Below are positions 58,502-64,000 of a stretch of DNA of 64,000 nt, piece after piece (position 1 is the stretch's first letter; every line of letters starts with the position of its first letter). The translations under genes were made by a program, and so were the position numbers. Location: IMG/VR virus record IMGVR_UViG_3300042391_000634, positions 248,001 through 312,000 of that record; one strand, written 5' to 3'. The notes beneath the pieces are model-generated. The model did no database searches. It was not told the DNA's origin and worked only from the letters and a program-made list of their open reading frames with translations.

Positions 58502-58532
58502 TTTGGTTTATTGTTTTTATTTCTTATATTTT
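58502..58532 (+). promoter_or_regulatory. Putative promoter TTTG-N19-TATATTTT
   Basis: Upstream of the 58571 operon. Confidence 0.45.
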
Positions 58533-58570
58533 AATAATACAAAAAATAAATTTTAAAATCAATAAAAAAC

Positions 58571-59254
58571 ATGAAAATAGGTGTTCAAGGTTGTTCCCAT
58601 TCTTCCGACAGTTACGGACACCCGTGGCATTACTATTTAGGTCAAGAATATAGTGCGGACATTAAATTTGGGGCATCCTCAGGTTCAGGTAATGAAATCA
58701 ACATTGAGAAGGTTAAAATGTTAATAAATCGTTATCCTGATATGAAAACCTTTATTTTACAACTTACCGACCCCTCAAGATTAGATTTTGGTATAGATAA
58801 TATTGATTATGATTGGTTATATAGAGATAAAGAATTAATAAATTTAAGACACTATACGGTTAGATTAAATAATAATGACGGCGAACTTAAACATCATTTT
58901 AGAAATAAATATGAGATACATGATTTTTTTAAGAATCATGTTTTAACATCAGATTTAAATATCAAATATAAAATTTTTCATACATTAATGTCAATTCAAT
59001 ACATATGTAATTTTTATGATATTAAAGTAATTTTTATAAGTTGGTTTGTTGATTTACAATCACTTGCAAAAGAAATTGGTTATAGTGATATATTGGATAA
59101 AATGAACGTATTAAAAGGAACGGTTATGGATTTTATTGATAAAAATAAAGTAATGGAAATCCCTGGTAACGGACACTACGGATCAAAAGAACATAAAAGA
59201 ATATTTGAAGAATATATAAACCCACAATTAATAAAATATAATATAAATGGATAA
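58571..59254 (+). CDS. SGNH-like protein
   Basis: 'QGCSHS','SGSGN','QLT.PSR','GHYG...H'. Confidence 0.55.
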   Translation: MKIGVQGCSHSSDSYGHPWHYYLGQEYSADIKFGASSGSGNEINIEKVKMLINRYPDMKTFILQLTDPSRLDFGIDNIDYDWLYRDKELINLRHYTVRLNNNDGELKHHFRNKYEIHDFFKNHVLTSDLNIKYKIFHTLMSIQYICNFYDIKVIFISWFVDLQSLAKEIGYSDILDKMNVLKGTVMDFIDKNKVMEIPGNGHYGSKEHKRIFEEYINPQLIKYNING

Positions 59255-59939
59255 GGATTTCAAAATGGTTAAAAGTGTCTACACCTCAAACTTTGACGCA
59301 ATTACGAACATAATGCACCTTTATAACATAGAAAGGTTTGATTTAGATTGTACATACTCTAAAGGTAGTTTTTGGAAAGACTTACCTGGACCCGTTTATA
59401 AGACAGATTTAATACCTGCAAATGATACGGTAGTTGAGGCTAATTCTGAGAATCTACCGTTTGAGGATGGGTCAATGAGAACTATTATGTATGATCCTCC
59501 ATTTGTTGTGGCTGGAGCATCCTATAAGAACAATAAAGAAGGTAGCTCAATCATAGCAAAAAGATTTGAGGGGTATACTAATTATAAAGAATTAACTGAC
59601 AATTATTACAATACATTAAAAGAATTATATAGGGTATGTCAGAAAGGTGGGTATGTTGTAATGAAATGTCAGGACACAGTATCAGGAGGTAAGAATCACT
59701 TTACACATTGTCTTATTATGAACATGGCTATGGAGATTGGGTTCTATCCAAGAGATATGTTTATTCTTCATAACAAGGTGAGAATAAATAGTTTTGGAAC
59801 AAAATGGACTAAACAAGAACATGCAAGAAAATATCATAGTTACTATTGGGTATTTGAGAAAGTGAAACCAAGAGTAAAATATGATTTTATAACCCCAATT
59901 AAATTAGAAATAGATATCGATGAGTCACCAAATAATTAA
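59247..59939 (+). CDS. Putative amino (N6-A/N4-C) DNA methyltransferase
   Basis: 'DCTYSKG.FW','LPFEDGS','YDPPF','ELYRV...G..V.KCQD'. Confidence 0.65.
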   Translation: MDKDFKMVKSVYTSNFDAITNIMHLYNIERFDLDCTYSKGSFWKDLPGPVYKTDLIPANDTVVEANSENLPFEDGSMRTIMYDPPFVVAGASYKNNKEGSSIIAKRFEGYTNYKELTDNYYNTLKELYRVCQKGGYVVMKCQDTVSGGKNHFTHCLIMNMAMEIGFYPRDMFILHNKVRINSFGTKWTKQEHARKYHSYYWVFEKVKPRVKYDFITPIKLEIDIDESPNN

Positions 59940-60588
59940 TAAAGATTTTAGAACTTGTGAAATTCCAAGTGGATTAACAATAACTGACCCACCATATAAT
60001 CAAGATTATTCATATAATGAATATGACGATAAATTGACCGATGAACAGTATATTGAATTATTATCACACATCCCAACCCCTTGTGTTATAATACACTACC
60101 CTGAGGAAACGATTAATATATTACCAAAAGCAATTAAAGCAAAATGTGAACAAGTTGTTTGTTGGGTATATAATTCTAACACAGGAAAACAAAGTAGATT
60201 AATTTCTTGGTGGGGATGTAAACCTGATTTTAGAAAGGTTAGACAACCTTATAAAAATTTGAAAGATAAGAGAATACAAAAAAGAATATCGGAGGGGAAA
60301 ACAGGTGCAAAATTATATGATTGGTGGGAAATTAATCAGGTAAAGAATGTTAGTAAAGAAAAGACCGACCACCCTTGTCAAATCCCTGAAGAGTTAATAA
60401 AACGAATCATAATAACAACCGCTAAGGAAAATCAGACTATAATTGATGTCTTTGGAGGTAGTGGAACAACGTCAAAGGTTGCGAATGATTTGGGTTATGA
60501 TACCATATCATATGAAATAGACCCATTGTATTGTCAAATTGCGGAAAATAGAATTAAACAGGATTTTGAGGAGACCCCAAATACATAG
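59920..60588 (+). CDS. Beta-class N4-C/N6-A DNA methyltransferase
   Basis: 'ITDPPYN','HPCQIP','IDVFGGSGTT','YEID..Y'. Confidence 0.9.
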   Translation: MSHQIINKDFRTCEIPSGLTITDPPYNQDYSYNEYDDKLTDEQYIELLSHIPTPCVIIHYPEETINILPKAIKAKCEQVVCWVYNSNTGKQSRLISWWGCKPDFRKVRQPYKNLKDKRIQKRISEGKTGAKLYDWWEINQVKNVSKEKTDHPCQIPEELIKRIIITTAKENQTIIDVFGGSGTTSKVANDLGYDTISYEIDPLYCQIAENRIKQDFEETPNT

Positions 60589-60916
60589 CCACTTTATCAC
60601 CAATTTTCCAACCATCGGTAGAACCCGAGGGAAATTCAATAACATGGTCACCAATACCCGTGTAACGGGGTAAGGTCATTCGATGTGGGTCTTCAACAGG
60701 ACAATTACGATGAATGTGACTGATACGTTTATTGAGGATAAAAACGATATCTAATGGGATTAAACAATTCTTCATCCAAAATGAATGATGACCTCTACCC
60801 ATTTTGAATACCATACAACCGTTTAGTTCTTCTCTACCCATCATACCTCTTTCAATATCCTCAGGTGTAGACAAGTATTCGGCGGCAAATGTTTTATTAT
60901 TAATGTGAACTGACAT
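60554..60916 (-). CDS. DUF192 family protein
   Basis: 'RGMMGR','M.F','FWMKN.LIPLDIVF','VIE..G','GD.V'. Confidence 0.85.
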   Translation of the reverse strand: MSVHINNKTFAAEYLSTPEDIERGMMGREELNGCMVFKMGRGHHSFWMKNCLIPLDIVFILNKRISHIHRNCPVEDPHRMTLPRYTGIGDHVIEFPSGSTDGWKIGDKVAMYLGSPQNPV

Positions 60917-60927
60917 ATCTATAATTA

Positions 60928-60959
60928 TTTGGAATTATCAAAATATATCATTATATTTA
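60928..60959 (+). promoter_or_regulatory. Putative promoter TTTG-N20-TATATTTA
   Basis: Immediately upstream of the 60964 ORF. Confidence 0.5.
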
Positions 60960-60963
60960 AACT

Positions 60964-61215
60964 ATGGAAAGTATATTCGGAGGTTTAATAGAATTTGATA
61001 CGGAAAATGACTTTGATGAATTTGTTAAAGACATCAATGAAAAAAATGCACTTTCAATAATTGAAAAGGCTTTTGAATATGGTCATCATAATAATTTATA
61101 TACGGTGCAAGAGACGTATTTTATTTATAAATGTTTAAAAAAATTAAAAGACAATGCAAATAAGAATCAAGGAAATCATTTACATAATGATGATACTAAC
61201 GGGGATATTAATTGA
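60964..61215 (+). CDS. Hypothetical protein
   Basis: 83 aa ORF after promoter motif. Confidence 0.5.
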   Translation: MESIFGGLIEFDTENDFDEFVKDINEKNALSIIEKAFEYGHHNNLYTVQETYFIYKCLKKLKDNANKNQGNHLHNDDTNGDIN

Positions 61216-61333
61216 GAAATACGGACTTAAGGGTGCCGACCCTGAGTTGGTAAAATATTTTGGATGGGGGGTGATTAGTCTCGGTTCATTCAATTTAGTA
61301 TTAGATTACATTAGAAAACCTAAAAAGAAATAA
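61154..61333 (+). CDS. 59-aa putative membrane protein; not in ORF track
   Basis: MQIRIKEIIYIMMILTGILIEKYGLKGADPELVKYFGWGVISLGSFNLVLDYIRKPKKK; two hydrophobic stretches, basic tail; stop just before next ATG. Confidence 0.55.
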   Translation: MQIRIKEIIYIMMILTGILIEKYGLKGADPELVKYFGWGVISLGSFNLVLDYIRKPKKK

Positions 61334-61334
61334 T

Positions 61335-61907
61335 ATGATAAAGTATACAAAAAAATGGGACAAAGAGTTTACCAAAAAATATTCCAATTGTTTGAAAGAA
61401 TTGGAATCTCTTGAAAAAGAATTTAAAACTATGGTTGACGATAATCCCGACCAATACATTTCAGTTTATCCTGACACTTCCAACATTGAATTAGGTCAAG
61501 AAAATGGTTTTATGGTTTATGACTTTGGTAAGGACGAGACTCCACGTGTTGATGTTCAGTTATCAACACCTAATGGATCTTTTAATTTTACATTTACCGA
61601 TTTAAAAAAACTAATTGAGTTCAGAGATGAATTAATGAAATCAATTGACACATTCAAAAGACCATTAGAAAAAGAAAAAAACATAATTGATTCAGATTGT
61701 GATGAGGATTTACCTGAAGACGCTGAAGAAACAGAATGGGAAATTAAAGCCGAACAACCATTAGTTCAATCTTGGACTTACACGGTTATGGCGAGAAGTG
61801 CATGTGAAGCAATTAAGAAAATAGAAGAGGGTGAAGAAGATGGGGTCACTAATAACGATGATTTCAATTACTATGATTACGGTGATATTGAATACGAAGC
61901 AATTTAA
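61335..61907 (+). CDS. Hypothetical acidic protein
   Basis: 190 aa ORF. Confidence 0.5.
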   Translation: MIKYTKKWDKEFTKKYSNCLKELESLEKEFKTMVDDNPDQYISVYPDTSNIELGQENGFMVYDFGKDETPRVDVQLSTPNGSFNFTFTDLKKLIEFRDELMKSIDTFKRPLEKEKNIIDSDCDEDLPEDAEETEWEIKAEQPLVQSWTYTVMARSACEAIKKIEEGEEDGVTNNDDFNYYDYGDIEYEAI

Positions 61908-61912
61908 ATAAT

Positions 61913-62107
61913 ATGTTAAATAATTATGACAAAGATTTCTTTATTTATAAAAAGAAACATCATTGGTTTATTATACCGACAGTTGTTTTCTTTTACAATA
62001 AAGATACGTTTCTCGAAACCGGCGTAACATCACCATCTTGGGGATTAACAATTAGATGGTTAACATATATGGTGGGAATACAAATACAAAAGACTTATGA
62101 AAATTGA
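61913..62107 (+). CDS. Hypothetical protein
   Basis: 64 aa ORF in operon. Confidence 0.45.
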   Translation: MLNNYDKDFFIYKKKHHWFIIPTVVFFYNKDTFLETGVTSPSWGLTIRWLTYMVGIQIQKTYEN

Positions 62108-62279
62108 GATTACAAAAGAACAGATAGAAAAAACATTGGGTTATGAAATTGAACATTTTAGCTTACATCCACATTATAAAGATGGGTTATGTAGCGGGTT
62201 AGAAATATGTGTAACCCCAACAGTTACAGAAATTGAAATACCAATGGAGGTTTTTATATCCACAAAAAGACCATCATAA
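62097..62279 (+). CDS. Hypothetical protein
   Basis: 60 aa ORF in operon. Confidence 0.45.
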   Translation: MKIEITKEQIEKTLGYEIEHFSLHPHYKDGLCSGLEICVTPTVTEIEIPMEVFISTKRPS

Positions 62280-62282
62280 TAG

Positions 62283-62915
62283 ATGAATACATTATGGACA
62301 TTTGGAGATAGTTTAACCGATGGATTTAGATCTAATGATACGTGGGCAAAAACGTATGTTGATTGGAAAGGTTATATTCCATTAACATATGGTGAAATTA
62401 TATCTAAAGAATTAAATTACGAATTAATTAATTTAGGTAAGGGTGGTTCAGACAACAACCTAATATTTGAATCATTTATTAAAAACATAGATAATATTAA
62501 AGATGGAGATATTGTAATAATAGGTTGGTCTGATATTGGTAGATTTAGATTAGCCACCAAATTAAATACATGGATATCATTTGTTCCTAATTTTAACAAT
62601 AACCTGACAAATATGGAAAACATTAGTAACCAAACAATAATGGAAGTATTTGTTAATAGGTTATCTGATGTCTATACCGATGAGGTCAATATATGGATTA
62701 ATTTTATTAAAAAAACCATAAAAAATTTTAAAATTATTAATTGGTCAACATTTAATCAAGGTAAAATAAATGGTATTTATGTTAATGAAATTGAGAGAAT
62801 TATAGATGAAACCAATGGACTTATAAAAGACGCACATTTTAGTGAAAGGGGTCAAAAACAGTTATCTGAAATTTTATTAAATAAAATAAATGGTAATTAT
62901 AACAAAATAATATAA
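62283..62915 (+). CDS. SGNH-like protein
   Basis: 'WTFGDSLT.G','NLGKGGSDN','GWS..R','DAHFSERG'. Confidence 0.65.
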   Translation: MNTLWTFGDSLTDGFRSNDTWAKTYVDWKGYIPLTYGEIISKELNYELINLGKGGSDNNLIFESFIKNIDNIKDGDIVIIGWSDIGRFRLATKLNTWISFVPNFNNNLTNMENISNQTIMEVFVNRLSDVYTDEVNIWINFIKKTIKNFKIINWSTFNQGKINGIYVNEIERIIDETNGLIKDAHFSERGQKQLSEILLNKINGNYNKII

Positions 62916-62916
62916 A

Positions 62917-62950
62917 AAAACCCTGATAATCAATAAATTAACAGGGTTTT
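62917..62950. terminator. Bidirectional terminator-like hairpin
   Basis: AAAACCCTG..CAGGGTTTT between convergent genes. Confidence 0.7.
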
Positions 62951-62964
62951 AGTAAGGAATTGTA

Positions 62965-63090
62965 TTATCTTCCTTGTCCACGATAGTTCTTTTCAGTTCT
63001 ATCATGTTTGTTGCGAGTTTTGGTAGATTTACCACATTTTCTTTTACCGAAAGTGACTTTATTACTACTTACACCTTTTGATTTAGCCAT
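62965..63090 (-). CDS. 41-aa basic protein ending YRGQGR; not in ORF track
   Basis: MAKSKGVSSNKVTFGKRKCGKSTKTRNKHDRTEKNYRGQGR; TACTTATA variant upstream, hairpin downstream. Confidence 0.7.
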   Translation of the reverse strand: MAKSKGVSSNKVTFGKRKCGKSTKTRNKHDRTEKNYRGQGR

Positions 63091-63154
63091 AAATTTATTT
63101 TATTATAAGTATATCTGAAAATACTTTTGTATATTTGAACCCTAAACTTACTTT

Positions 63155-64000
63155 ATGGAAGAAATATTACTTTATCAACGATACTCTTACGCAAGGATAA
63201 CCCCGTTTAAGAACTATTCTAAGTTCCCAAGAGTAGACATACCTCATAGTGGTATACATAAACAAGTGTCATATGAAGATATCAAGTATGGTGGTAGTAT
63301 GGCCACTGAATATTATGACGGGAATAGTGGAGTCCCAATATCACCACTAACAGATGAAATTAAGAAGAAAAAAACAAGATTTTTTTATTGGGATGATGAG
63401 TATAAAAATCCTCCGATTATTAGGTACGCATCCACTCATAAACTAAATGGAATAATAGGGGAGTTTTATACCACAAAAGATAGACACATCAAGAAATACT
63501 ATAACGAACCTCTTAGTGAAATATCGGTTCATATTATAGAGAGGTCAGTAATAAAAAGAGGTGATAAGGTTACCATTAAAATAAATAAATTTACAAAATG
63601 TAGAGGATTTAACTGTAAGTATTTTAAATCAAACAAATGGGCATCATCGGTTACTTTTGATATGGTTAAAGGAGATTTTTTATTGGTTAATAGTAGTAAA
63701 CACGGTAAAACCAAAACCACACCTCGATTTAGAAAGAATGGATTTCAACAACTTGACAATTTTATAGACAGTAGTGATGGACCATTTAAGTTTTTGAGAA
63801 ATCATTTAAGTAAAAATAATCCATTGTATAATGAATTAAAAAATAATTTTAAAGATAAAGAATTTAACGAGGTGTTGAGTAAAGTGTTTAATATTAATTT
63901 TCCAACAGACGGGTTATTATTTAAAACTATGTTTTATGACGAAGTAATGAGGTGGTTTATTAATACCAAAAAAATAAAGATACCAAATGACTATAAAAAA
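63155..64000 (+). CDS. Hypothetical protein, 3'-truncated by window edge
   Basis: Frame from ATG 63155 (MEEILLYQRY...) appears open to the end; TATATTTG at 63130. Confidence 0.6.
   Translation, partial: MEEILLYQRYSYARITPFKNYSKFPRVDIPHSGIHKQVSYEDIKYGGSMATEYYDGNSGVPISPLTDEIKKKKTRFFYWDDEYKNPPIIRYASTHKLNGIIGEFYTTKDRHIKKYYNEPLSEISVHIIERSVIKRGDKVTIKINKFTKCRGFNCKYFKSNKWASSVTFDMVKGDFLLVNSSKHGKTKTTPRFRKNGFQQLDNFIDSSDGPFKFLRNHLSKNNPLYNELKNNFKDKEFNEVLSKVFNINFPTDGLLFKTMFYDEVMRWFINTKKIKIPNDYKK

Noticed and set aside
1186-63720. Numerous 60-112 aa ORFs nested in or antisense to long genes (e.g. 3118, 5368, 8397, 16648, 19853, 41806, 57250, 63529)
   Set aside because: Fully overlap well-supported CDSs and show no motifs; expected by chance.
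1-64000. Stop-codon recoding as in some large phages
   Set aside because: TAA, TAG and TGA all end genes at sensible domain boundaries, and coding density is near complete under the standard code.

Overview
This very AT-rich, densely coding window (standard code, no Shine-Dalgarno motifs) most likely comes from a large tailed phage. The evidence is LamG/ConA virion-type proteins, a tail fibre with a C-terminal S74 chaperone, and a stand-alone T4-gp23-like capsid fragment. Bacteroidota-type TTTG-N19/20-TATATTww promoters point to a Bacteroidota host (inference). About 57 kb forms a glycan and protein-modification island: some 20 glycosyltransferase-like genes, sugar-nucleotide enzymes, a split TPP enzyme, a carbamoyltransferase, methyltransferases, a sulfate-activation module, three radical SAM enzymes, several 2OG-Fe(II) oxygenases and nine SGNH-like paralogs. 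The leading candidate for an undescribed system is at 32.3-40.6 kb. One gene encodes a circularly permuted ATP-grasp ligase, a Hint domain ending in His-Asn, and an 8-Cys 36-aa peptide. It is followed by an uncalled 29-aa peptide and a run of tailoring enzymes, nearly all ending in the same basic-x-[LI][LI]-COOH tail. Other highlights are GT7 enzymes with a LamG domain inserted inside the catalytic fold, TibC-like protein glycosyltransferases next to a Pro-free Gly-Ser/Thr collagen-like tail fibre, and a fusion that hinges on an A8 homopolymer. All family calls come from motif recognition by eye; no searches were run. No tRNA, rRNA, CRISPR array or IS element was seen.
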